Assembly: GCF_003918875.1 (NCBI RefSeq) | Contig: NW_025767301.1 | Coordinates: 3,968,001 to 4,032,000 of the forward strand | Origin: Haliotis rubra | Taxonomy: Eukaryota | Direction: 5' to 3' | Length of the DNA: 64,000 bases | Shown here: positions 21,601 to 34,027 of the stretch, piece by piece | How the letters are laid out: every line of letters starts with the position of its first letter | How positions within the stretch are numbered: the first letter of the stretch is position 1 | Translations under genes and position numbers: made by a program | Notes under the pieces: generated by a model | Database searches by the model: none | The model's input: only the letters and a program-made list of their open reading frames with translations | What the model was told of the DNA's origin: nothing

Positions 21601-23454
21601 TTTTGTTTCCTTGCAAGTCTGTAATATTTGAAACATGACAAAATTCAAACCTATGAGTATGACAAGAACATCCATTATGTTATCATGGTTATCATTCATT
21701 TCAATTCAACCAGCATACGAGTAAAAAAGGTTGAAGGACAATACATGGAACTTTAATGTTTTGTTACCAGTGACAAACATGAACCTGAACCCTGTTATTT
21801 CCAGTTTGCTATGCTTACCTTTATTTCAACATTTCGCGACCGCAAGTTGAACCTTATCTGTAGATGTAGATGTTCAACAACTGGAGTAAATATTTTCATC
21901 CAGTTTTCCTTGAGTGGAGTATATCTGTTTTGTGGGATGGGAATCTTCCTCATTTCTGTAGAACCACCCTGAAATAAATCCATTACAATACATTATGTAC
22001 TGACTCTACAATCTGTAATTATCTACTAAGATTAACACATAACTAATTCTTTAAAAACAAAGGACATATATATAAATGCTACTATCATTATCTTAACTAC
22101 CTTACAACAAAAAGCACCTGGGAAGTGCATGCAGAAGTTACATATCTTACACAAGTTGGGTGTACATTTAAGCCTTGTTAACCTGGATGGTACCCTTCCC
22201 AGGCATGAACCGGAACATCAAATATGACAGGGGTCGCAATTTTCGCCAGGTAAATCTATGGTGCCTTTATGAAGAGGTCATTACGTGTTAGCTGAATTGC
22301 CAAACATCAAATGCTGAAGGGGTACAAGTGGAGAAGAATCACAATATGATTGAATTAATTGAAAAGACTTTATCAGGCACTCTTTTTCAGATTTCACATG
22401 TTGCGTGGGTGATCAAACTAAATTTGTAAGCTTAAATAGTAAGAGTTCCTCCCGTTCTCCCATCCCAAATAATATTTATAAGATAATTAATATATACTAA
22501 AATTATTAACAAAACTTAACACAACAATTACTAGAGAACTCACAAAAATGAATAAAAGTCCATAACTTAGGTTTAGGGTTGGGTGAACGGAAGGAACTCT
22601 TTCCGCTTAAACTAGTTAAAGTTAACTTTGGCTAATGAGTCAACAAAAATTAACCCATGTTCATTTACTAAGTCGTCAGCATTGTTTACCTTTCTGCGCA
22701 TGTGAGGCTGTAGACATTTTCTAGACAAAACTCGAAACATGACGAAAATGATACAGAGTATCCTCAAAGTGTATGTGTTGGTTATATTCGTGAAAAGTGG
22801 TGGTTGATCCATACCCTACCTCACAACTAACATATAGTCTGGCATATAACTAGACAACTCTGCACTACACCAAGGTGTTGGCATTGCTGGAATGCACTTT
22901 ACCGCACTCTCACTCCTTTTACAATCCTTAGGGTTAGGGTCTAGGGTTAGGGTATTGCACCCTTTACGATCCTGGTTAGGGTTAGTTTTTTAGGTATATG
23001 TTTTGGCACCCTTTACGATCCTTAGGGTTAGGGTTAGGGAACGCTAATTAATCTGAAAAAGTGCGCCCGGTAAAGTGCAGTACTCCCGTTTATTTATATG
23101 CAAAGGGACAATTTTTATGTAGAGCGACAGCAAGAGCCGACAGTCTCATATAATTACTGCCTGTCAACTGCGCTAAAATGTATGTTACCATGGTAATATT
23201 TGTAAAAGGTGTGACATCAAAATTTGCTATGAAGAGCCTGTCAATAGTATTACCATCAATTTATCACTGCTGATAGGAGGAAAACTGGGACGTTTGGCGG
23301 CTGATTCCGACGTATCCATAACAGTTTCTTCCTTGGAATCACTTTCAACCATCTTTCGTTTCCTTAATTTTCTTTTCGCTGGTATGAAACTGTCTTCTTG
23401 TGGCGTTTGTGATGATTCCATTGAGGAGGTCTGTGATGTTTGTGTTTCTGCCAT
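18604..23454 (-). CDS. PNO1: RNA-binding protein PNO1 (partner of NOB1, KH domains); 7 exons
   Basis: Exons 23454-23254, 21968-21819, 21618-21535, 20680-20620, 19643-19526, 19153-19083, 18671-18604. Motifs: [82 protein letters not shown]...AERF*. Confidence 0.97.
20739..21205. mobile_element. MITE in PNO1 intron 3
   Basis: TIR CTAGTAGAAGGT(C/T)GCGTCAGCTAACCTTT at both ends. Confidence 0.8.
22441..22601. mobile_element. Small MITE with a TTAGG(G)-like subterminal motif
   Basis: AAGAGTTCCTCCCGTTCTCCC ... GGGTGAACGGAAGGAACTCTT, with internal TTAGGTTTAGGGTTGGG. Confidence 0.6.
22889..23086. mobile_element. MITE-like element carrying interstitial (TTAGGG)n repeats
   Basis: TIR GGAATGCACTTTACCG / CGGTAAAGTGCAGTACTCC. 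Three internal units of GCACCCTTTACGATCC (the first degenerate), each followed by TTAGGG runs. Confidence 0.65.
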
Positions 23455-23617
23455 TTTCACGTGTGTTGTAAGAGGAAGTTGGTTATTGAGCATGCGCCAA
23501 TTGATGACTATTGAGTCGATTATCCAGACATTTACAATTATTGAAACTGGATAAGTGAATATGACAGGTGCCCGTTGACTTAAAGGGAGAATACTCTGAT
23601 CTAATTTCAGTAACGGA
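23455..23617. promoter_or_regulatory. Compact bidirectional promoter PNO1/KPTN
   Basis: Only 163 bp separate the divergent ATGs. Contains CACGTG (~23458), GAGGAAGT (ETS-like), GCATGCGC (NRF1-like) and CCAAT. Confidence 0.7.
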
Positions 23618-26600
23618 ATGGGTGACAGAGGTTGGAGGTGGACTGATGCCCATTTTTGCAGTCTCCCGTCGCAGACGAATGTTTATGGATTAACAAGAAT
23701 AACAGACAGTGAAGGAAATAACAAATTATTAGTTGCATCTCTTGATGGAAAGGTTATTGCAGTTGAATATCAGACATTTAACAACAGACTGACACCATGC
23801 ACCAAAGAAATTCAGTTTACCTACATTCCAGGTATAAAAGAGTTTTTGATATATTTAGATGATTGATACATTGGCTGACTGACAGTTGGCCAACTTAATT
23901 GATATACATATTACCTTGAAAACAGATCAATCATTTTTTTAATATTATGTATAGTTTTAGCATTGCCATGGACCCTAAAAAATATAGTGTTCACAGTTAA
24001 GACAAGAGTTCAAAGTCTTAGTTCAACCTTTTTTAAAGCCAGTTTAAAAATATCTCATTCCTCATTACATTTTTGAAGACTCACTGTAGAGGAAGGGAGT
24101 GTTTTATTCTGAAAGATATTTATGTATTAACTTACATATCCATAAAGATGTACTTGTTTCTTGTCATGCTAATGTATAATGGATCTCTTTCCTACCATGC
24201 CATGGCAGCTCGAAGACATTGGGCATAATCTATCGATGGTGTCCACGAGATGGTTCACCATGCTATTAATGGCATGGAATTTTATGAATTGTAGGATTCA
24301 TATTCATCTCTATTCTGTCATAGCAAAATGACAAACTGACTGACTCTCTAGAATGTAATTAGGATAACAAAGGCATGAATATAAATTCTAGAAACAGAAC
24401 TGAAAAGATATGCAAAGATGGAATACATAATTGCCTGTTGATGTGGTACTTTGATTTCAAAATATGTTTTCAGCCAAAGTCAAATATTCTACATGGTCTT
24501 TTGAAAAATCCATACCAGCATATGATTTCATTTAAGCAATCTATTTAAGGTGATGCTGAAATAGTATCTGTTGATGTCCTGCGGAGATGTCAAGGAAACA
24601 ATGGAATCATTGTAGGGATTACCTTTTTAAAGGTAGGATTACAATGATATGTACTTGGTGGTCTTGAGAAATGTTTCATTCAGTTCAATCAAAACTTTAT
24701 TTCCGTACAAAGGCCATCGGGCCCATATACATACAGTTACATAATTTATAACAAACATCAACAATTACAGAGACAAAATGTATGTGAAGAATGGCCATCA
24801 GTAAAGTTACAGACAGGCTTTCTGGCATTCACATGAAATAACGTTTTCAGGTCACCATGGTTACTGAATTTATAGTTTTCAGATAGAATCTTCATCAATG
24901 TTTTTTTTAATGTTTTATTCAGGTATTTGTTAAAAGGGATCTTGTAACGGTCACCATTGTAAAGTTACATTTTTGTATTCCATTAATAGAAAGTAAAGAC
25001 AGTGACATTTGTGTGTTTTTTGTAATAGTTCACCATATTTGAATGGTCATATGATTTAACTCATGGGAAATTCTTATAGCTGCAAGAGGATGAGAAGGAA
25101 TGTAAGCCTGCCTCACAGTTTCTCAACTTGTACTCGGCCAGTGAAGTGGGGGATGAAGCAAACTTGGATACAGTTGCTCGTAAGTTCAATATAACCAAGA
25201 AAACAATCGTAATTACAAACATCTTGATGAGTTTCCTATGGTGCACTTGAGAACAAATACTGGTGTTGATAATTATTAGATGGGAGACCCATCGGGTGTT
25301 TCTTATTAGAAACAGATTTGCTGCTTATTACTTATTGTACCATTCAGCAGAAGTTAAAGAACAGAAGTTCATTTGAGTAGTATATATTTAGCATGTGATA
25401 GCAGTAGTGTCCATACAAATGACAACTTATCTTTTCAGAGGGATGTTTGAGTCTAGAACTGAATTTCATTCCCTACCAGCTGACACACACAGAGTGAGTT
25501 CCTTCATGATTGTGGAATGTTAGTAAACAACTAAATCTAATCAATAATGTGAAATATACTATTCACACTTTGCTAAGGATTAAATCATGGATTCAAAAGA
25601 AAACTATTATGTGGGGTGAAATTTGGTTTAAATACCTAAGCTTATTGTAAGCATGGATCCTAAAGTAAGGCCAGAAATGCTTGGAAAATGCTTTTTGACT
25701 TCAATATCAATATGATGAATTTGACACAAGATAAAAGCACATATATGATGCATGTACGACTACCTAGTTGAAAATTAAAGCTCAGCTGAAACAATACACT
25801 TGAGGGGTGACTTCACAGGAGGAAATTTGACATTTAAACAACATTCGTAAATATTCTAAGTACAAACTGTAGTTTTGAAATACAGACTATAATTATTCAT
25901 ATAGCCTTAACTAATTAAATTACATAAATGATTGTAAAAAGTTTGTGTTTTTTTTAACATCTATATGTGAAAAAGATGGAACTGTTGTAGTAGTTAAATT
26001 CAAAATAATTATGTGAAAAAGTCTTAATTCAAATCGCATAGATAATCTTGTTCACCCATAGACGTTTCACTTCGTGTATGAGCATTGAACTGGCAACATG
26101 CGACTTGATATCTCTGCAAGAACATTTAATTTCAAATTTATACCAGTATGTCATACTGGAGAAACAAAGGGGGAAACCTCTCATCAGCTATGACAGGGTT
26201 TACTATAGAATGTGTAAAGCCCTTAATTTGACATATAGTCAGGTTTACAAAGTTGTAAACAAATCAGTTACCTTAGGGGTCATGTCAAAATCAAAAACCA
26301 AGTAGGAAACACAAACTGGATAGCTTTGATAAGGGTGTCAATACGCCGTGCAGTTTATAAACTGTATGAACGCAAAATCCCACCGACGTGTGCTAAAATA
26401 CAAGATGAGATGAAAGATACCATAAATGTTCTGGTGTAATTCCGCTAGAGTCCTCCACCAGCAGTGATACTGACACTTGATATTTTGAGGCGGTCCCTGA
26501 CATGTACTGCCCATGCATTACATAACGCTGTCACCCTGTCTGCCTGCCAGGTGGGTCACAGTATAGTTTGTTTCTTAGAAGTGTTTCTATCATGGATTTT

Positions 26601-29600
26601 TTTCTAAGTTTTTCGATATTTTACAAGTAATCATTATGATTAGGGAATGGTACATCGTGATTACTCATATGCCATATTAGGTCGAGGTGGTATGAATGAT
26701 TATATATGAGTTTTGAATCTGAAATATCAACCATTGTCAAATAGTTGCCAAAAAGCATTTTTCAAGCATTTCTGACCTTACTTTAGGTTTCAGTTTGTCA
26801 TTGTGGATCCCATACCTGCTATTGTCATGTGTTGTTTATTTGTCAATGACTTGTTCCATGATTTGCAAAATGGTTGATTGGTGCCATGAAAACCATTTTT
26901 ATGGTTACTTGTGTATCAAGTGCATAAGGTTAGCTTAAAGTGACCATTTGCATAATGAGGGGTTACCATATTATTATTTATCCAGTTTTAAATGGATACA
27001 ATTTCAAATTATAAATCTACGTTTAAGTAAAGTTGTGAATTTTATGCAAAGTGTGAGTAGTATAGTATTGCTTTCCTTCAAAATATACATACACATATGG
27101 TTTTCTGGGTGAGTGACATATATAGCGGGACAGATGTTCTTAATAACATCTTATCTCAATTATATCTCATTTAAACCAGACTTCTAGATGGCAGTTCTAA
27201 GGAAATGGTGTTTCTGCTCAGTGGAGGTGACAACAAGATACACATGTACCGAGAGGTAGGTATGAATGATAATGGTACACGAAAGCTATGACCTGCGCTC
27301 CCACATAATCCATCCCATACCTTAAAATAGGTATTAGAGGCTTGACACAACCGATTTATCTTTGAAGTGTTTCCCTCAATCTGGACTGCACAAAATCAAT
27401 GTAGTTATTGACAGGACAGAACATACTAACCAAGTTCTTCATTCTGATAAGTTTTAGTTGCTGTTATTTTTTCTATGATTTTAAGGACAGTACATACTTG
27501 AGTCACTAACATTGTTAAAACCAGACTTCAATGTATTGTTTTAGTCTTTCAAGTCACATGGATTTCAAGAAACACCATCTGAAGAATTCTTTCCAGAGTT
27601 TAAAAATATTCCTAGCAGGTCAGTATATTCAAAATAGCATGTCACTTGATAAGGTTTTCCTTATATCAAATTGCTCACCTTATGCGTATACATATGTTCA
27701 TTTCATCAGACATTTAGCTTGCTCAGCTTTTCACTTCATATCAAGTACTACATTGCAGCATGCTTACTGTCTTATTGGAACTTTCTCTGATCTCTTTGAC
27801 AAATGTTTGTGTTGTTGCAAGTGAAGTGTTATGGTGTTGCAGTGTCCTGCAGCTGAATATTGGTTACCTAGACAACTACGAGAGACGGCTGACTGTGATG
27901 GGACATCAGAATGGCCTTGTCCAAGTTGCCTATGTCAATGTTGCAGCCAAAGGTATGTTAACTTGTTGGAATTTTTATATTACAGCCAAAGGTAAGTAAA
28001 TCTGTAAATATTCCAGTGTTACTGTCAAAGGTAGGTAACTCTGTCAGCATCCAAGTAGGTCAGCCAAAGGTAGGTTAGTATGTGTCATAGGCCATAGCAA
28101 GACTTTAGTCTACATCAGTACCTTGATCTTTTCCAATGATTCATTTACATGAACATTTTGATTGTCAGTTCTCTTTGTACCTATTTCCACTAAAGTTACA
28201 GCCTCTTGTGTGATAATCACTACAGAGGGTACAATAATTTGTAAGCAACATAGGGCTTCAGGCATTTTCCCTGTTAGTAATTTGTCTGAAACAGTCATAT
28301 CTTAGGGTATAAAACATGTCGTTATGCATGCTTGTTATTAAGAACGGTTTTACCAGCCTCTAGTTGCTTGGCCTGCAGAGTTCTGTCCCTTAGGTGCAAG
28401 GGTCCACTGATCACACACTTCCTCCTGTCACTGACATGTTGTGATGACCTGTGAGTGAGTGAGTTATTATTTAACGTCACATCGGCAATATTTCAGCCAT
28501 ATCGTGACGAGTGTGATGACCTGTGAATATACTATGCAGAATATACCACAATCATGCCAGAATCATTCTTCTGACACTTGCAATCATCGAGTGACTTTCT
28601 GTGCACAGTTGTGCAGCCATGTCAGAATCCTGTGTTTGATCCCACATTCTCTGTGATTGAATCTTGTTTTGTCAGAACCATGCCTGTAGTTAGTTCACCC
28701 AAGTGGATAGCATCTAATACCTCCATATCTTAGTGAGTGAGTGAGTTTAGTTTTACGCCGCACTCAGCAATATTCCAGCTATATGGCGGCGGTCTGTAAA
28801 TAATCAAGTCTGGACCAGACAATCCAGTGATCAACAGCATGAGCATCGATCTGCACAATTGGGATACAATGACATGTGTCAACCAAGTCAGCGAGCCTGA
28901 CCACCCGATCCTGTTAGTCGCCTCTTATGACAAGCATGGGTTACTGAAGGCCAATATTCTAACCGGACCTTCACGGGTCTCCATATCTTAGGATTAAGCT
29001 GGCATGCAGTAATATACTGAAAGACCACTCACTTATGAACAAACAAAAGAACATGTCTCCTATATGTGTTATAACTATATGTGTTATAGTTATGTTTTTC
29101 TGGATAAGTTTAAAATGATATTTTTACTCTAATAATACATTTTTCACTCATTTGTTTGTCAGAGGTGCTTTATTCCTGGTCAACAGAGCATGACAGCCCT
29201 ATCACCAGTATCAGGGTCTTCACAGCCAAGAACCATGTAGCTTGTCCATCCTTCCTTGACTTCTTCAATGGTACTATTTGCAATGGTTTTTATTTTCACT
29301 CACGTATTGAGTGGGGCACAGGGTAGCCAAACAGTGTTTGACTAACATGGTTACAGAATGGGTGTATTTATTCACATGGGTATAGTTTTTTCGGTCCATT
29401 GTTGGTGTCTTTTGGAATGGTAAATCTTCTTAACACAGTGAATGTATTCATCGACTCAATCAAGGCCTATCAGTTGTGGACCACCTCCGTGGTGTAGTGG
29501 TTAGAGTGTCCGCCCAGAGAGCGGAAGGTCGCAGATTCGATCCCCTACCGCGTCATACCAAAAGACGTTAAAATATGGTACTTGTTGGTCCCTGCCTGGC

Positions 29601-32600
29601 GATCAGCATTAATGGGTACAACAAGGACTGGTCGGCTCGGAGTCAGTATAATGTGTCTGAGTGGGGTATTCATGCTTCACTGCGGCTTGGTATCTCAGTG
29701 GGCTAGCACTATAAAACCAGCTTAAGTCTGGGCTAGAACAAGCAGCCGCACATACACATACACACGCATGCACGTCATCATATGAGCGAAATATTCTCAA
29801 TCACGACGTTAAACCCAATTTCACCTCACCTCACCGTTTAATTGTAATGTCAGTGTACACTTTCGGTGACAGGGGATGCAGCTTCAGGATTCATTTGTTT
29901 AAGCTCAACAACTCACACTTTGGCTGGGAATAATCTTCCTCTAGGTGAATCTCTACTTTCTATAGAGTAAACTACTGTGATAACAAACTCAAAGGGACCA
30001 CTTATTTTGTTATTACCATAGTCTGTTAGATGGAAGTACGTATTTAAACTAATATATGCAGCAAGTAACTACAAATGAAAACACCGCACATTGTTGTATA
30101 TGTTACATGCATGTCCATTATAAATGTAGTTTACTGTATTTCATTATTTATTTGTTGAGATGCATTTGTTTCATCTGTCATCAGAAGAAAGTACACGTGA
30201 AGAAGAAGAAAAGTTGGCCAACTTCAACCTGTTGGTTACCAGTGCTCTTGAGCCTGCAGTTGTGTACAGGTAGGTAAGGCTCATCAGTCCTCAACAGGGG
30301 TGCTCAGTGTCAATGAGTTTGGTAAAATACCTCATCAAACATTATTTTACATACCATATTTGCCACGATATATGCCCAGGGAGTTAGAATATTGATAATG
30401 TGTGAGCGAGTGAGTTTAGTTTTATGCCACACTCAGCAATATTCCAGCTATATGGCGGCGGTCTGTAGATAATCAAGTTTGAACCAGACAATCCAGTGAT
30501 CAACAGCATGAGCACCGATCTATGCAATGGGGATACAATGACGTGTCAACCAAGTCATCGAGCCTGACCACCCAATCCCGTTAGTCACCTTTTACGACAA
30601 GCATGGGTTACTGAAGATCAATTCTAACACGGATCTTCAAGGGTCAAATATTGATAAGGGGGGACACTTATTAAAAGCATTCATCAGTCAAATTTGTCAG
30701 TGATCATATGTTAGTGAACAATCTTGGACATCAAAGATACTAAAATGTATTTGATAATATTTACCTGGAAATTATGTTAACCTTATTTAATCACTGAAAA
30801 TTGGTCCCCAGCAACCTGTGCTGGTCTTGATAGGCAACAAGATGGATTGGGTCATCAGGCTCCAGGACATGTGCCAGGATGGCGCCTCATGATACCCTGA
30901 TGGTGTGGATATCTGTACCCAATGTCAATCACTGGATTGTTTGGTCCAGAATTGATTCATTATGGGCCACCATTGTATAGCTGGAATGATGCATTGTTAA
31001 ACCACTCACACTTGCACGTACATGTATTGCCTTTGTTATGTATAGCAGATTACAGATTAAATCAAGAGAAGTTAGCTCTTCATATCAGTGGATGTATTCT
31101 TTGTTAAAGTAGGCAAACATTTCAGTCATTGCAGTGAACAAAATTCCTCTCTGCTTGTATCCAAGAAACAGCAAATCTCACACCATTAAATCAGGAATAA
31201 CATCAATTTCAGGAATATCCTGATCACTGGGTTCGAGGACATGTTATCACTCCCCAACAGTGAGAAGTTTGACAGCACACTCTGCTCCTGTGTGGTGGAC
31301 ATAGACTTCGACGGGGAGAATGAGCTGCTTGTTGGAACCTATGGCCAGGTAGGTTAAAGCCACTCAGAATACAGCCATGACAAAAGTATCATGTTCAGGT
31401 GATAGTGTTTTAGTCTATCAGCTGCTGTTTCGACTACCTTTTGCAGTCAGTTTTTTCGGAATTATAGCACAGGTAGTGCACTTATCTAAGACAACACACT
31501 TGACTGTGGATTCAAATATTCGTTTGCTCTTTTTATGTTTCTCTTTTTATGTGGTGTCAGCACCACACTTATGCTTTAGAGTTTTACCCGAGAGATAAAT
31601 GTCACAGACCTGCGACACATTGGTCTTATTTCTACTAAGCATCCATGAAGATGGGTGTGACAATTGGTCTTCGGCAACCCACGCTTGTTGTCTTCGGCAA
31701 CCCACGCAGGGGTGAAAATAACCCATTGCCCGACGTCCGAGTCCAGTGCTTTTTTCTGTCGGGCAAGCAAATTTGTATATCACGTTGTACCGGTGTCCAG
31801 TTGACTTTCCAATGTTAATAATGTTGTTTATTTAAAAAATGAACAAGAAAACGGCCGGTATATTTGAAATATGATCAGGGCAAGTGATTTTACATGTGCC
31901 AATGTACCGGAGTACACTAGCAATTTTAAAGTTATTTCCACCCCTGCCACGCTTGTTATAAGAGGCAACTCACGGCATTGTGTGGTCAGACTTGCTGAAT
32001 TGGTTCACGTCATCATATCCCATTTGTGTAGATCAATGCTCATGCTGTTGATCACTGAATTGTCTGGACCAGATAACCAATTAGAGGAACTTAACAAACA
32101 GAGGCACGGAACAAATTATTTACTGAATGTCGGCATATGGCTGGAATATTGCTGAGTATGGTGATAAACAACAAACAAAACAACATTAAGGTGACATATG
32201 ATATAACTGGAATACTGGTCAGTTTAGTTTTAACACAACTCTTTCACTATCTTTTAGCAAGTCTTAAAAGTGGAGGTGTTAGCTGATGTTTGGATGACCC
32301 TACATATATATCATGAGTAAAGTATTCTACGGCCAGAATATATTCTCTGTCAACTTTCTGTTAAACAATTACAGGAACTTCTAGCATACAAGTATTTTGA
32401 AGAAAATCAGCACTTTGACACTGACAGAAAATACAGCCAATCTGATACCACTAAAGCTGGGAGCAGCCAATCAAATACTCCAACACATACGTCATCAACA
32501 CCAGAGAGAACTCTTAACCAATTAGAGGAACTGAACAAACAGAGGCACAGATCAGATGAATCTAACTCACAGCCAACCCATGTAAAGGATGCACAGCCAA

Positions 32601-33358
32601 CAAGGAAGGCAAAGTCACAGGAGGATCTGTTTCTGCCAGTCCATGGTGTAAAGGAAGAACAGGATCAGCTGCAAGATGACATCCAGCCTCCATTTAACCC
32701 TGCAGGTTTCCAGTTACTATGGCAACGGAGTTTCCCCGGGCCTGTGGTTGGGTTGGATAGACTGGACATCATGGGGGACGGCATGGACGACCTTGTGGTG
32801 GTCACCCTGAAAGGGATGCATATACTACAGGTAGGTGTCTGTAGATATTATTGTATTAGCAAAATAGCATTGTAACAATTGTGAACTGTAGTACATGCCA
32901 GTAGATATCTGTTGTATTGGCCAGAGCATTGCATAAGTAAATGTTTCAAAGTGATACGATGTTGTTTTCATACCCTGGAAAAAAGTTTGATGAAAGCGTA
33001 ACCCATAGATAAGCTGATCCCCTTCTTCAGACTGCTTTTTTTTGTCCTCAAAATTTGGCTTATCTACAGTAATATATGGTATCTGTTTTGAAAAGTAAAG
33101 TATTAAGACCATCATAAACGATTACAAGTAGTCTTAGTAAAGAACCCCTGGTGATGTGAAATTCTTCTACTGTGTGCTCAGTACTCAGTCTTTTTCCTGT
33201 TTTTGACAGATTTGAAATAGGTCAATTGTAACATGTTGTAGCCTGATCTTGGGGAAGTGGCGGAGGTGTGTCGGGAACGACTGCGTGGTTTGTGTGACTC
33301 CAGCTCTGAACCTGACGATGCTTATCACAACCTACAAAAGGAGACTTTCGGGAGATGA
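23618..33358 (+). CDS. KPTN: Kaptin, KICSTOR complex subunit; 12 exons
   Basis: Exons 23618-23831, 24550-24632, 25080-25179, 25439-25493, 27180-27255, 27545-27618, 27843-27952, 29163-29270, 30185-30269, 31213-31348, 32375-32830, 33242-33358, with consistent phases. Motifs: SQTNVYGL, EIQFTYIP.DAEIVS.D, LEL.FIPYQL.H, FLLSG.D.KIH.Y.E, LLVTSALEPAVVYR, D.DFDGENELLVGTYGQELLAYK, LLWQRSF, D..GDG..DLVVVTLKG.HILQ. Confidence 0.94.
25559..27060 (+). mobile_element. Decayed IS630-Tc1-mariner-type element in KPTN intron 4
   Basis: Outer TIR CTATTCACACTTTGC / GCAAAGTGTGAGTAG with TA flanks. Inner inverted repeat ~25660-25700 / ~26747-26787. Remnant reading frame ...LDSFDKGVIRRAVYKLYERKIPPTCAKI... resembles ITm transposase N-termini. 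Confidence 0.65.
27944..28079 (+). repeat. 39-bp tandem array of the KPTN exon 7 end plus splice donor
   Basis: C(A/T)G(C/T)CAAAG|GTA at 27944, 27983, 28022 and 28061, an exact 39-nt period. Confidence 0.8.
28734..28978 (-). mobile_element. SINE family B (~245 bp)
   Basis: 5' GACCCGTGAAG..., 3' GCTGGAATATTGCTGAGTGCGGCGTAAAACTAAAC(TCAC)n, with TSD CTCCATATCTTAG. Degenerate copies also lie at ~1-140, 30800-31010, 34518-34625, 40380-40610, 41645-41820 and 56665-56880. Confidence 0.88.
29480..29835 (+). mobile_element. tRNA-derived SINE family C with a Meta/MESC-like central domain
   Basis: tRNA head (GTGGTGTAGTGGTTAG...GATTCGATCC), central GTCATACCAAAAGAC..AAAATATGGTACTTG..CCCTGCCTGGCG.TCAGCATTAA, and a (TCACC)n tail. 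Near-identical to 45666-46037. Confidence 0.85.
30403..30645 (-). mobile_element. SINE family B
   Basis: Full-length match to 28734-28978, with TSD AATATTGATAA. Confidence 0.85.
31643..32180 (+). mobile_element. SINE family B copy interrupted by a MITE and a templated insertion
   Basis: Family B sequence occurs on both sides of 31707-31946 and of 32074-32114. Confidence 0.7.
31707..31946. mobile_element. hAT-type MITE with 5-bp TSD
   Basis: TIR CAGGGGTG(A/G)AAATAAC / GTTATTTCCACCCCTG with TSD CCACG. A second copy is at 47871-48103. Confidence 0.85.
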
Positions 33359-33504
33359 CAGTGACTGCCTGGAAGCTTTCAACAAGTTTTTCTTTTTGTT
33401 TAACAATTTGTAAATAAATCATCAACTGTCAAATCTAAGACAATGTATTGTTACTTGCCAAGAACATTGTTATGCTGACAAATGTGGATCTTTCTAAGTC
33501 ATGT

Positions 33505-33672
33505 GGGGCAGTGGGGTAGCCAAGTGGTTAAAGCGTTGGCTCGTCACGCCGAAGACCCGGGTTCGATTCCCCACATGAGCACAATGTGTGAAGCCCATTT
33601 CTGGTGTCCCCCACTGTGATATTGCTGGAATATTGCTAAAAGCTGTGTAAAACTAAACTCAGTCAGTCAGTC
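33505..33672 (+). mobile_element. SINE family A
   Basis: tRNA-like A/B boxes (TAGCCAAGTGG; GGTTCGATTCC) and a (TCAG)n tail. Confidence 0.88.
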
Positions 33673-33839
33673 TTAGCCATGTTTATGTTATGTCTGTGAG
33701 AAATGTTTTGTGTAAGTATTCATACATGTAGAAACATGTAAATGTGTGTACATACAGTGAAAATTATGATTAGAAGTTAAATTAACACATCTCACAATAT
33801 GCTGTCTGTATATATCTACATGTGAGTTTGGGTTTTACA

Positions 33840-34027
33840 GTAACGGGATCAGGTGGTCAGCTTCACTGACTTGGTTGACATGTCATTGGTTCCCAGTTGC
33901 ACAGATCGATGCTCATGCTGTTGATCACCTGAATTGTCTGGTCCAGATGCGACTATTTACAGACCACCGCCATATAGCCGGAATATTGCTGAGTGCGGCG
34001 TAAAACTAAACTCACTCACTCACTCAC
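33840..34027 (+). mobile_element. SINE family B, 5'-truncated
   Basis: Matches the family B body and (TCAC)n tail. Confidence 0.8.

Noticed and set aside
33505-33575. tRNA genes at SINE heads (also 29480, 45028, 58696 and others)
   Set aside because: They continue into a shared SINE body and tail with TSDs and lack a proper acceptor stem and terminator.
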